Assembly: GCA_963827165.1 (NCBI GenBank)
Contig: CAWGZR010000001.1
Location: forward strand, 1 to 54,222
DNA length: 54,222 nt
DNA from: Candidatus Bathyarchaeota archaeon
Lineage (GTDB): Archaea; Thermoproteota; Bathyarchaeia; Bathyarchaeales; Bathycorpusculaceae
Direction: 5' to 3'
Position numbers and translations under genes: made by a program. Positions 31,071 to 40,672 of this stretch are shown in pieces. The notes under the pieces were generated by a model. The model did not search any database. It was not told the DNA's origin and saw only the letters and a program-made list of their open reading frames with translations. Each line of letters begins with the position of its first letter. Positions within the stretch are counted from its first letter, which is position 1.

Positions 31071-31347
31071 ATTCACTAAACTCCCTACGATACTCTTCCC
31101 AATATGAAATAAAATTGATTGTTTACGCATTTAACCTTTATTCTTAATTCGGAAATAGCGGCTTGCCCCATTCCCTGTTTCCATGAAAAGTTATCATAGC
31201 AAAAGAATCGAGTTGAGATCCATCAAAGTTTGCCTTTTTTTGTATTGTGCATATGAAAAGCACGCTCTAATATAATTCAAGTTTAGTGACTCAGACCGAA
31301 ATCAATCTTGGATTTAGTGAAGGGTGATTGTTCGCCAGGTGATTTCA

Positions 31348-31692
31348 CTAGAATGGTCCGTTTCTTGGTAAAGCGACAAATTCAAGCGAGGTCTTAATGT
31401 TGTATTTGCTATAATTTGCGTTTATTAGATTGATGATTTCGTATTGTTTTTTTAGCAGATCTAATCCTTTTGGTGTCGCTTCGTAAATTTCTTTTCCATC
31501 AACCTTATGTTTTTCAAGAAGACATTTATCAGTTAAAACTGTAAGATATTGGTTGAGTTGGCTGAAGCTTAGATTTGCTTTAAACATAATGTGGGTTTTG
31601 GATGTGCCTTTTTCAGCAATTTGTATAATTTCCGCGATGATGACGAGTTTGTCTCGTCTTTTCGATGTGTTTTCAGCAAATTCTAAAGTCAT
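31348..31692 (-). CDS. Winged-helix regulator, paralogue of 23262-23609
   Basis: KRRDKLVIIAEII...KTHIMFKANLSFSQLNQY...YEATPKG. Confidence 0.85.
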   Translation of the reverse strand: MTLEFAENTSKRRDKLVIIAEIIQIAEKGTSKTHIMFKANLSFSQLNQYLTVLTDKCLLEKHKVDGKEIYEATPKGLDLLKKQYEIINLINANYSKYNIKTSLEFVALPRNGPF

Positions 31693-31956
31693 TTCAGTTT
31701 CCTCTTCTAGAGTTGTTTTCTATATTCGACTGGGTAATTTTGGGTTATAAGCCATGTTTCCCGGGTCTTATTATATCGGTTTTGGTAATATAGCCGCTTA
31801 TTGAATACCGCACTTTTGATTTCTGTTGTCCTAAATTAACAAAGTCTTGGCGAACCTGACAACACTCGATTTAGACCGCCTTTGGTCGCTTGCTTACCGG
31901 TAACCGCAAAGTTAGATAAGCGACTGACGATTAAATAATTCCAGAGGTATCCGCCA

Positions 31957-33333
31957 ATGGAGTTTGAACTTAACTACAAACTTTTCGGAAACGAGTCAAA
32001 CCTGAAAAATGAGGGCGAGGCAAAAGCCGCCCTAGACCAAAAATACTTGACTCTAACCGTCATGTTTGGCGAGCCCATGCTGTTCATGTACACCGACATC
32101 GTCAAAATATCTGACTATGATTACAAAATTGACCTGTCTTTGACTTCTAATGAGACGCTGAATTTGTGGGGGTTGGGGTACCAATATGAAGACTTTCTCT
32201 TTCAACTGTTCAAACTCCGAAATGAACTTCTGATCAAATTCATGCTTATGGAAGAAACACTTATTCAAGCTGGCTTCCAAGGGCAATACAGCTCACTTGA
32301 CTCAACCAGCCAAATGACGCAAAATGGACGCTGCGAAATCCGCTTCTACGATAGCGCAACACTAATTCTACCCCAAAAAAACGAGCCAATCCGAATTCCC
32401 TACTGCTACATATCAAACATTAGTAAGCAAGACTACACGTTGACGATAACGGATGAATTTCAGGGCAAGTTAATATTGACGCAAATGGGGCAATACTTTG
32501 ATTCAGTTGGAAAAGCTCTTTCAGATTCAGTAAACAAGATGAATCTTAGAACACAACAAACCATAAAAGAACTAGTTCCAGAGGCAACGCCTATAACGAT
32601 AAGCAAAATAGCCACTCTGATGAAAGATGGACGAGCAGCAAGCAGAAAAGAAATTGAGCAGCAGTCAACCAGCTTTTGGACGCGGCTAACTAAAAAGATA
32701 GATGAATCTGGCTTAATCGCAGAATATGACTTCTTAAATTCGCTTTCTGCCAAGGATGAGGTTTGTGTTGGAATAAAACGAGGTTTAATGGGTGATTTGA
32801 CAGGGACATATACCTGGCTTCTATTCCCTTTTCTTGATCCTGCAACTGGAAAGTTCGAAAACACTGTTGCGTTAGAGGCGTTCAACAGCCACGAGAACCA
32901 GGCGCAGCAAACCTCCGATTCGGAAACGGAAGATGAACTAAACCAAAAAACTGAAGAAGACAAAAAAACCGCTGCAACAGGAGCCACCTACTTCTTCAAA
33001 ACAAAAAAACAAGAACTGGATGCGCTAAAGAAAGACGAAGATCCGTCATCGGAATTAAGCGCTTTTCTCAAAACTATCAATCGCGCAATGATTGAAATCA
33101 ACTTCAGACGAGAACCGATTTACCTCACCGAAAACCAGCTTGAAAGCACCGAATATACCCAGTACAGATTCGCCATAGCAAAAATCCCCTCCCTCAAAAT
33201 CTTAAGAGACTTGTTTATCGGAAGGGTAATCCATGCATCCAAGGAGCAATGGAAAGCCGATGTCACTAGCTTATTAGCTTTCAACACCCAAAGTGTAGAT
33301 GACAACGAAAAACTGGTTAAAGGAGACCAATAA
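31957..33333 (+). CDS. Hypothetical protein (458 aa), first gene of a zinc-ribbon operon
   Basis: Long ORF with GAGGT RBS; stop abuts the next ATG (TAAATG). Confidence 0.8.
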   Translation: MEFELNYKLFGNESNLKNEGEAKAALDQKYLTLTVMFGEPMLFMYTDIVKISDYDYKIDLSLTSNETLNLWGLGYQYEDFLFQLFKLRNELLIKFMLMEETLIQAGFQGQYSSLDSTSQMTQNGRCEIRFYDSATLILPQKNEPIRIPYCYISNISKQDYTLTITDEFQGKLILTQMGQYFDSVGKALSDSVNKMNLRTQQTIKELVPEATPITISKIATLMKDGRAASRKEIEQQSTSFWTRLTKKIDESGLIAEYDFLNSLSAKDEVCVGIKRGLMGDLTGTYTWLLFPFLDPATGKFENTVALEAFNSHENQAQQTSDSETEDELNQKTEEDKKTAATGATYFFKTKKQELDALKKDEDPSSELSAFLKTINRAMIEINFRREPIYLTENQLESTEYTQYRFAIAKIPSLKILRDLFIGRVIHASKEQWKADVTSLLAFNTQSVDDNEKLVKGDQ

Positions 33334-33663
33334 ATGCCCGGTTACAAACACCCATGCAAATACTGCGGAAAACTCGTATCCTTAGACGATAATGTATGCC
33401 CATTCTGCGGAAAAGTCAACCCAGTCGGACCACAAAGATGCCCAAAATGTCGAAACCCAATTGAAACCGGACAAGTCAAATGTAGCAGCTGCGGCTTATC
33501 ACTCCAAACTACCTGCCCATACTGCCAAAAAACCACATTTTTCGGAGACTACTGTGAGAACTGCGGCAAAAGGCTAACCGTGATTTGCCCGAAATGTAAA
33601 ACCGAGCAGCCGCCCCTTGGAGAGAAATGCATAAAATGCGGTAAGCCGCTTACTATTAAGTAG
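33334..33663 (+). CDS. Double zinc ribbon protein
   Basis: Eight CxxC motifs in 109 aa. Confidence 0.85.
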   Translation: MPGYKHPCKYCGKLVSLDDNVCPFCGKVNPVGPQRCPKCRNPIETGQVKCSSCGLSLQTTCPYCQKTTFFGDYCENCGKRLTVICPKCKTEQPPLGEKCIKCGKPLTIK

Positions 33664-33676
33664 GAGATAAAAAAAA

Positions 33677-34339
33677 ATGCCCCTTCAACCTTTTACTCGA
33701 AATTATCAGGACAACAGCACGGATGCTGGGTTCCAGTTTACCTTCAACTGCGACATATGTAACGACGGCTACAAAACAAACTTTATCGCGAGCAAAACCT
33801 ACAAGAAGAAAGGTTTCTGGAAAGGAGTCGGAACGGTCGCTTCGATCGGAGGACAACTTACCGGACACAGCAGCGGCTATTCAGCTCAACAAGGCGCCAA
33901 CGTTATGAGCGAGCGATTTGAAGGCATGACACCCGAATGGCACAAAGAACATGAAGACGCCTTTGAACTTGCGCAGAACGAAGCTAAAGGTCACTTCCAA
34001 AGATGCCCAAGATGCCATCGATACGTCTGTGAAAACGACTGGAATGAACAAGAAGGATTGTGCACATCGGATGCTCCTAGAGAAAGCACAGAGGTAGCTG
34101 CAGCCCGATCCGAAAAAATGGTTGCAGACATCAAGCAGAAAGCCGAAACGACTCAAGTCTACACAGGCGAGATAGAGCAGAGGCAAACAATCTGTCCAGT
34201 ATGCGGAAAACCAGCCGGTTCAGGCAAATTCTGCAACAACTGCGGCGCTCCCTTGGGACTCAAGATTTGCCCAAAATGCGGCGCCAAAAACCCAGCGAGC
34301 ACAAGCTTCTGCGGCGAATGCGGCACCAAACTATCTTAA
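33677..34339 (+). CDS. Zinc-ribbon domain protein
   Basis: GFQFTFNCDIC, CPRC and a C-terminal double zinc ribbon (CPVC, CNNC, CPKC, CGEC). Confidence 0.85.
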   Translation: MPLQPFTRNYQDNSTDAGFQFTFNCDICNDGYKTNFIASKTYKKKGFWKGVGTVASIGGQLTGHSSGYSAQQGANVMSERFEGMTPEWHKEHEDAFELAQNEAKGHFQRCPRCHRYVCENDWNEQEGLCTSDAPRESTEVAAARSEKMVADIKQKAETTQVYTGEIEQRQTICPVCGKPAGSGKFCNNCGAPLGLKICPKCGAKNPASTSFCGECGTKLS

Positions 34340-34400
34340 AACAATCCATTCTTCCTTTCTTTCTTTTCATAATTTCTTTTTTTATGGATTTTTGAAGTTT

Positions 34401-34447
34401 GTGAATTGTTGCCAGGAGGGGATTCTATTGCCCTTTACCAGTCAAAA
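34401..34447 (-). repeat. Degenerate tRNA-Ser att-like junction J9 (most distal recognised)
   Basis: GTGAATTGTTGCCAGGAGGGGATTCTATTGCCCTTTACCAGTCAAAA vs by-eye consensus GTAAATTGGCGCCGGGAGGGGGATCCAGCACCAATTTACCAGTAAAA. Confidence 0.65.
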
Positions 34448-34627
34448 TGATTCTCAAGCCATTTCTAAAACGTGCCGCCAAACATTCCCTGTTCAAAACC
34501 AACGTTAAACCGCTACGTGAACCTTTGGCAAGATTTATCAAAAATATTTTGTTTTGACCTGGCTCTATTTTGAATTGTTCTGTAGTAAAACAGAAAATTA
34601 TATATATTGTTCTGTAGCAGAACAATT

Positions 34628-35884
34628 ATGGAAAGCTCAAATATTTTCGAGGAATGGAACACATACGCATTGCGCAAGGTCCTCCTTCAGCGTAATGTGA
34701 ATCTGGATGCAATTGAGCGTAATTCAGAATCGAAGATAGTTGCCATCACAGGCATAAGACGCTGTGGCAAATCAAGCGTTTTAATGCTGCTGGCTCAGAA
34801 GCTGGCAAAAGAAGGAAAAGAGGTCTGTTATGTCAATGTTGAAGACAGTCGACTTGGGGCAGAAAAGAATGTTTTGGATCAGATTCTCAAGTGGTTTGGC
34901 GATGAGGGTTTCTTGTTACTTGATGAAATTACAAGTGCGAACGATTGGAGCGGTTGGCTAGCAAGAACACATGAACTTCTCAAGGGCAGACTACATCTAG
35001 TAGTGGGTTCTTCGCGTAGAAGTTTGGTTGTTCCTAGCAAGCCGTTGCGCGGTCGAATCCTTCCAATAGAGCTTTTTCCCCTCTCTTTCAAAGAGTTTTT
35101 GGTTTTCAAGCGCATAGAAGTTGAGAGCACCACAGTTGGCATAGGAAGATTGGAGCGTGCACTTTCCGAATATCTAACTTTCGGAGGTTTTCCAGAAGTC
35201 GTCCTAGCGGAAGATGCATTGGATAAAGTTCGAATTATTGACTCATACTTCAAGGACATTGTAGGTCTTGATGTCGCAGAGGTTTCGCATGAAGATCCCA
35301 CAACTGTCGCAACTTTTGGAAGATGCGTAATTCAGAGTACATACTTTTCTGCCTCAAAATGCCTTAACTTCTTTAAAAGTTTAGGTTACAAAATAGGTAA
35401 AGAGAAATTATTGCAGCTCGAAAAACACTCGGAAGCGGGGTACCTCTTCTTTTTTATCCCCGTGTTCTCGCATAGCCTCAAGGCTCGGTCCGCGTATCCC
35501 CGCAAAGCATACAATGGCGATGTTGGTTTCTCTTACGCTGCAACGGGAAAAACTGATTGGGGAAAGCTGTATGAAAACGCCGTGTTCCTTGAGCTTAAAA
35601 GAAGATTGAACGATCAAGAAATCTGTTACTGGAGAAACAAGGCTGGCGAAGAAGTTGATTTCTTGGTTAAGCGAGGAGGCGAGTTATATGAAGCGTACCA
35701 AGTGGTTTATGACCTGAGCAACGCCGCAACTGAGCGCAGAGAAGTGGAAGGGTTAATATCGTGTGTAAAAGAACTCAAACCCAATACTTCAGTTATAATC
35801 ACCAAAAATGTCTCGGAAACCCGAGAATTTGGCGATTGCATCGTAAAGTTTCAACCCCTTATTGATTGGCTTATGGAAGAATAA
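34628..35884 (+). CDS. AAA+ ATPase (COG1373 type) with DUF4143 domain
   Basis: GIRRCGKS, LLLDEI, YLTFGGFPE, LYENAVF, YWRNKAGEEVDF. Confidence 0.9.
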   Translation: MESSNIFEEWNTYALRKVLLQRNVNLDAIERNSESKIVAITGIRRCGKSSVLMLLAQKLAKEGKEVCYVNVEDSRLGAEKNVLDQILKWFGDEGFLLLDEITSANDWSGWLARTHELLKGRLHLVVGSSRRSLVVPSKPLRGRILPIELFPLSFKEFLVFKRIEVESTTVGIGRLERALSEYLTFGGFPEVVLAEDALDKVRIIDSYFKDIVGLDVAEVSHEDPTTVATFGRCVIQSTYFSASKCLNFFKSLGYKIGKEKLLQLEKHSEAGYLFFFIPVFSHSLKARSAYPRKAYNGDVGFSYAATGKTDWGKLYENAVFLELKRRLNDQEICYWRNKAGEEVDFLVKRGGELYEAYQVVYDLSNAATERREVEGLISCVKELKPNTSVIITKNVSETREFGDCIVKFQPLIDWLMEE

Positions 35885-35940
35885 AAAATCTCAACTGCTA
35901 TTGGAGCCAAGAGTGATATTTGCAATAAGCCATAATTATG

Positions 35941-36011
35941 ACTATTTAGCCCAAATAGCTTCAAAAAATGCTTATCAAATTGGCGAGGGGGAAACTAGCA
36001 CCAATTTAACC
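35941..36011 (-). repeat. tRNA-Ser att-like junction J8
   Basis: ACTATTTAGCCCAAATAGCTTCAAAAAATGCTT...AAATTGGCGAGGGGGAAACTAGCACCAATTTAACC; arm matches 47091-47124. Confidence 0.75.
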
Positions 36012-36132
36012 GTGAGACATTTTTTCTCTTTAAGATGCGGGCTCGATAGGATGAGCTTAAACTACTAGCAAATTCAAAGTTTAGCAAGTTAGCGCATGAT
36101 TCACATTAGTTACTTTCAAGCTTTGCTCCGAT

Positions 36133-36292
36133 TTAGAGAAGTTTGGAGAAGTCATCATATACTTTCTTCCTATGACCCATAAAAAGCACTGTTAATTGTT
36201 TTTGATCGGCGTTTATTTCTTAAGATAGCTCGGTAGTCCCTTGACCTTATCCTCCAAAATCTCAGGGATGCAACGTTTTTCCTGCTGTCCAT
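36133..36292 (-). pseudogene. RelE/ParE toxin C-terminal fragment with frameshift
   Basis: FWRIRSRDYRAI / EINADQKQLTVLFMGHRKKVYDDFSKLL*. Confidence 0.7.
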
Positions 36293-36595
36293 TGCTCTAT
36301 GAGTTTACGCTCAGCCACGGAGACGGCGGTCTAAATTACCTTCATTTTACATCAAGCATGTTTAATGTTACATTCAGATGATTTAAGTTTTTTCCAGCAA
36401 ACTGAATTTAAAAGTTCGCTTGCAGTGAACCTCCGTTCTTAGCTCCAACGAATAATTTGAAACATTTTCTAAGAGTTTCATTATATTTTTTCTATTCAAA
36501 ACTTGGAAGATCAAACGCACAGCTAAGCAAAAATCATTTTGCAATACGTCAATTTAATAAGAACCTCTATACAGTTATGATTTTAGGCATTTCAT

Positions 36596-36811
36596 ATGAA
36601 AATCGGTGTTACTGTACACAAAGAAGGAAAATTGTATGTTGCAGCTGATCCGGTCACCGGCGTTACTAGTCAAGGGAAAACTTGTGATGAGGCTTTGGCG
36701 AATTTCCAAGAGGCCTTTGGGCTTTGGTTTGAATGCGCGGAAGATTGGGAGAAGGAACGGGCATTGAATGGCGCGCCAGTGGCTACCTTGGTTTTGGATT
36801 TAAAAATTTAG
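36596..36811 (+). CDS. hicB: HicB-family antitoxin
   Basis: YVAADPVTGVTSQGKTCDEALANFQEA. Confidence 0.85.
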   Translation: MKIGVTVHKEGKLYVAADPVTGVTSQGKTCDEALANFQEAFGLWFECAEDWEKERALNGAPVATLVLDLKI

Positions 36812-37038
36812 TTTCCAACGAATTTGAGAAATTCTTCATCTGTGATCCCTGCTTGAAACAAAATGCCTTTTAGCGTTCCAATGGCGATCTCTTCGTGCTT
36901 TGGAACTATGACGGTTCTTATTTTTCCATTGTAGAAGCCTTTTAGAACTATATGGCTTCCTCGTTGTCTGACGATTTGAAAGCCAAATTTACTTAAGGTC
37001 TTAATCACTTTTCGATGTGAGTACGGCTTCATCCTCAA
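36808..37038 (-). CDS. hicA: HicA-family toxin, convergent with hicB
   Basis: GFQIVRQRGSHIVL...VIVPKHEEIAIGTLKGILFQAGI. Confidence 0.9.
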   Translation of the reverse strand: MRMKPYSHRKVIKTLSKFGFQIVRQRGSHIVLKGFYNGKIRTVIVPKHEEIAIGTLKGILFQAGITDEEFLKFVGN

Positions 37039-37238
37039 GTGAATTCACTACTATTCAGTTCAAAATGCTAACAGAAATAACTTGCCCTATGTAAGAAGCT
37101 GTGTTCTAAAATGGATGCAGAGACATCAGACCGGGGTTGCGCTAAAAATTGAGTAAGGTTGTCAAAAACTTGACTATCTATAGGCGTATCGGCAAAAAGC
37201 GACTCCCCGATTTGCCAAGAGTTCTGGTCATCCGTCAT

Positions 37239-39014
37239 CTATTGCTTTTGTTCATCAAGGGCTTTTTGGTCGAGATAGTATTTTCCGTTGATTTCCTTGA
37301 AGACTTTTGTTTGTCCTTTGCGTTTTTCCATAACTCTCACGAACATTCGTGATAGTCCCAGTTCACTGGCGGTTAGCGCTGTTTCTGGGCTTAGCGCTCC
37401 CTTCTCTTGGAAAGTTTTGATGTTTTGCCGCACTCTCTCTCCGCTCCAAACTTGCTCCTCAGATGATTCCTGTTGACTTGATTGCGAAGACTCCATCTGA
37501 GCGGTTTGTGCGGCGACTGGAACTGAGTTTTGCTGCTGGGTTTGTGTAATTGGTGTTTGAGATTGTTGAGTCGTATTGTCTGAGTTGCTTGCGATGTCGC
37601 CTTTTGTCATTCGTGTTGATGAGTTATTTCCTTGAGTTTCAGACGCACTTGGTTCTAGTTTAACAGTGTATTGTGTTTTGTTTTTCACTGAAATAGATAC
37701 GGGCATTGAAGGCTTATAGCCTGTGGCATTGGCTTTTATTGAGTAGTCTCCTTTTTTCGGGTTTTTGAAAACGATTTGTCCGTTGTCTTTTGTGGTTCCA
37801 GTCAAGTTTTCTGGGCCTTCAGCTGAAACATTGGCTGCAAGAATGGGTGAAAGCGTTTGTGAGTTTTGTACGGTGATTACGAGTTTTCTTTGGCGACTGT
37901 ACCATAAGAGGAGGATGAGGATTAGCACAACTATGATGATTATGACTATGATTATCCAGGTGACCCCTGCGGTGGATGAGCTGGGGGGATTAGAAGCGGT
38001 TGGGCCTGAAGACGTAGATGTTGAAGGACCCGAAATAACTGACACGGTGCCCCCTGCGCCATTAGCAACATATATTGCGCCATTGCCTGGATCGTAAGTT
38101 CCTACCCAAGGCGAATTGCCTACAGTTATGGTTTGAACCACTTTGTTATCGCTGTCTGATATAACTGCAACTTCGCTGTTTTGGTGAAGGGCTACGAATA
38201 CTTGTCCAAGTGCAGGATCGTAAATTAACCCTTCAACTTGCACTTCGTCGTTCAAGTTTGAAATAGTAGCAACAACCGCATAATTGCTATCCGAAATAAC
38301 CGTGACGACAGCCCCGTACAAACCGACACCGGTGGATACGAATATTTCGTTTTTCTCCGAATCGTAGGCTAAAAATGAGGGGGGACCCGGAATAGCCACG
38401 GTTGCAACTACTGTATTAGCGCTATCAGAAATTACTGAAAGAGAATAGTTTCTTGTGTCAGTGCTAAGATCGACTACGAATATCTCGCTTTTGCCAGAAT
38501 CGTAGGCGATGCTAAAAGGTTCGCTTCCTACCCGGATAGTTGCTATGACCGTGTTTGTGCTGTCTGAAATTACTGAGACAGTGCTGTCATATTGATTGGT
38601 TACAAATAATTCGTCTTTGCTAGAATCATAGGCTATATTATAGGGGGATTCTCCCACAGGTATTGTAGCAATTACAGTGTTGGTGCTATCAGAAATAACC
38701 GAGACGCTATTACTATACAGGTTGACTACGAATATCTCGCTTAGTTGGGAGTCATAAGCTACACCGTATGGGTAGCCTCCGACTGGTATGGTTGCTATCA
38801 CGGTGTTTGTGCTGTCTGATATGACTGAGGTTGTGTTGTCTTGACCGTTGGCTACGAATATTTCGCCTTTGGCGGAATCGTAAGCTGCGCCTGATGGAGC
38901 GTTTCCGACAGGAATTGTTGCGGTTACGCTTAAGGCGTGAACATTGTTAACTGCTGAGAAAACAAAAATTGCAATAAATAACAAAACTAATAGATTCCAA
39001 GCTTTAGTTTTCAC
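37239..39014 (-). CDS. YVTN/YncE beta-propeller surface protein with TM, carboxypeptidase-regulatory-like domain and C-terminal wHTH-like domain
   Basis: About seven ATIPVG..P...AYDS...EIFV.N....VSVISD repeats; GTG start after GGAGAGGGAG. Confidence 0.85.
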   Translation of the reverse strand: MKTKAWNLLVLLFIAIFVFSAVNNVHALSVTATIPVGNAPSGAAYDSAKGEIFVANGQDNTTSVISDSTNTVIATIPVGGYPYGVAYDSQLSEIFVVNLYSNSVSVISDSTNTVIATIPVGESPYNIAYDSSKDELFVTNQYDSTVSVISDSTNTVIATIRVGSEPFSIAYDSGKSEIFVVDLSTDTRNYSLSVISDSANTVVATVAIPGPPSFLAYDSEKNEIFVSTGVGLYGAVVTVISDSNYAVVATISNLNDEVQVEGLIYDPALGQVFVALHQNSEVAVISDSDNKVVQTITVGNSPWVGTYDPGNGAIYVANGAGGTVSVISGPSTSTSSGPTASNPPSSSTAGVTWIIIVIIIIVVLILILLLWYSRQRKLVITVQNSQTLSPILAANVSAEGPENLTGTTKDNGQIVFKNPKKGDYSIKANATGYKPSMPVSISVKNKTQYTVKLEPSASETQGNNSSTRMTKGDIASNSDNTTQQSQTPITQTQQQNSVPVAAQTAQMESSQSSQQESSEEQVWSGERVRQNIKTFQEKGALSPETALTASELGLSRMFVRVMEKRKGQTKVFKEINGKYYLDQKALDEQKQ

Positions 39015-39084
39015 TGAAATCTCCCTCTCCTTCTTAGGCGGATATTTCAAGGAAGATTTAAGGCTTATGCTTGCTCGCTTGGGG

Positions 39085-40121
39085 TATCTTTTCCTGAAAT
39101 TATTTCCGCTTTCGTTTTAACGTGTTTCATGGTTTTTCACCATTTGAATAATTCTTTTGCTTGCCACATCCAACATTCCGGCGGTAACTTTCTGATAAAT
39201 GCTTGATTAGGAGTCTCTGCATAATGCATGTTAAGGCTTCCATGCATCCGATTATTATACCATCCAAGCAGCTCAGATAAAGAGCCATATCTGCCACGAT
39301 GATGCTCATAGAAATCAAACCATTTCTCAACTTTACCATTAGTCTGAGGATGATTCACCCCACAAAGTATCTGCTTGACTCCCTCTGACTTGAGAAAGTT
39401 CTCAAACACATGATCAGCTAAACCATGCTTATCTCTTCTCTCACCATAAAACTGGCTACCGTGATCGCTTATACATTCTCTAATACTGATATTGTAATTT
39501 GATCTACATCGCAGCAACGCCTCTCTTAGCAATAAAACAGAGTTTTCAGCGGTTGCATTGCTAAATTCTCCACCTGATAGAATCTTTCTTGAAGCATCAT
39601 CTAGAACAACGCATACTTGCTTTCCATGAACTGCCTTGCTGATATGCCAGTCCATATGGACAGCTGAGAGTGAATGTTCTCGTTCATAGCGAATCCATGG
39701 TTTCCGTCGTTTCTGTTTATTCTCCTGTTCACTCGCATAACCCTTCGCAAGCATAATCTTATGTATAGTGTTATGGGGTATTCTCTGTTTCTGTTCAATA
39801 TCGATTATCGTTTCCAAATAGAGAGCGTTCAAGTGGTGGCTTTGCCATTCATCGATTATGGTTTGTTCTTGTTGATCTGAGATTTTGGCTGTTGGCCTTC
39901 CAACGTTTGATCCTACAGTGGGAATGGTTTTTGTTTTCTTGTAGATTCGGTAGATTTGTCTAAACCGTCTTGACGTAACTCCCAGATACTCTGAAAGCCA
40001 TGATTGTGTTGCCTTTCCTTCTTCAAATTGCTTAATGCACCATCGGAGTTTCTTGTGATCTCTAAGTTTAGCCATGCAAGCCTTTGGTTTTAAATAGAGG
40101 AAATAATTTTGGGAAAAGATA
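39085..40121 (-). mobile_element. IS481-family insertion sequence (1037 bp) with 23-bp TIRs and 15-bp TSD
   Basis: TIRs TATCTTTTCCTGAAATTATTTCC and revcomp TATCTTTTCCCAAAATTATTTCC (21/23); CTTGCTCGCTTGGGG at 39070-39084 and 40122-40136. Confidence 0.9.
39137..40075 (-). CDS. DDE (rve) transposase, IS481 family
   Basis: N-terminal HTH; RYEREHSLSAVHMDWH, VLDDASR, SDHGSQF, HPQTNGKVEKWF. Confidence 0.92.
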   Translation of the reverse strand: MAKLRDHKKLRWCIKQFEEGKATQSWLSEYLGVTSRRFRQIYRIYKKTKTIPTVGSNVGRPTAKISDQQEQTIIDEWQSHHLNALYLETIIDIEQKQRIPHNTIHKIMLAKGYASEQENKQKRRKPWIRYEREHSLSAVHMDWHISKAVHGKQVCVVLDDASRKILSGGEFSNATAENSVLLLREALLRCRSNYNISIRECISDHGSQFYGERRDKHGLADHVFENFLKSEGVKQILCGVNHPQTNGKVEKWFDFYEHHRGRYGSLSELLGWYNNRMHGSLNMHYAETPNQAFIRKLPPECWMWQAKELFKW

Positions 40122-40216
40122 CTTGCTCGCTTGGGGCATAATTGTCTTAAAGCACGAAAACTTTAGATGCAAAAATTTATTAGAAGCTGTGCGAGACGTT
40201 ATCATAAGTGATTTTT

Positions 40217-40588
40217 GTGAAAATTGTAGATAAGATAATTCTGACTCATCTCCTTGTGCGTGACATGAATAAGGCAAAAGCATTCTATACTGATGTGTTG
40301 GGCTTTGAATCAACCCAAGACACCGAGTGGGGAAAAGGAAACCGCGGAGTCTTCGTCGTTCCTCCTGGCGGCGGCACATACATTGCTCTTGATTTCATGT
40401 CCGAACAAAAAGAGTTCGATACTGCGAGAAACTTTATTATTTCAACACCGGATGTCGAAGCAGCGTACAAGGCAATTAAAGCAAAGGGCGTTAAGCCAAA
40501 CAGCGAGATCATGCCTTACCCACCTGGCGGCAGATTCTTCAGCGTCAATGATCCCGATGGCAATGTCTGGAACATTCTGCAATCATAG
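40217..40588 (+). CDS. VOC/glyoxalase family protein
   Basis: VRDMNKAKAFYTDVLGF...DVEAAY...FSVNDPDGN. Confidence 0.9.
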   Translation: MKIVDKIILTHLLVRDMNKAKAFYTDVLGFESTQDTEWGKGNRGVFVVPPGGGTYIALDFMSEQKEFDTARNFIISTPDVEAAYKAIKAKGVKPNSEIMPYPPGGRFFSVNDPDGNVWNILQS

Positions 40589-40672
40589 AAGCTTGTGGAT
40601 TCCTTAATCAATCAATCAGTTAATCTTTCAACCAGGCAAAATGGGGTCACACCCGCAGAGAAATACTGGGTG

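Noticed and set aside
37170-37220. Weak junction-like sequences (also near 31325, 40635 and 41547)
   Set aside because: Only 6-10 nt of similarity to the Ser junction consensus; not supportable without a profile search
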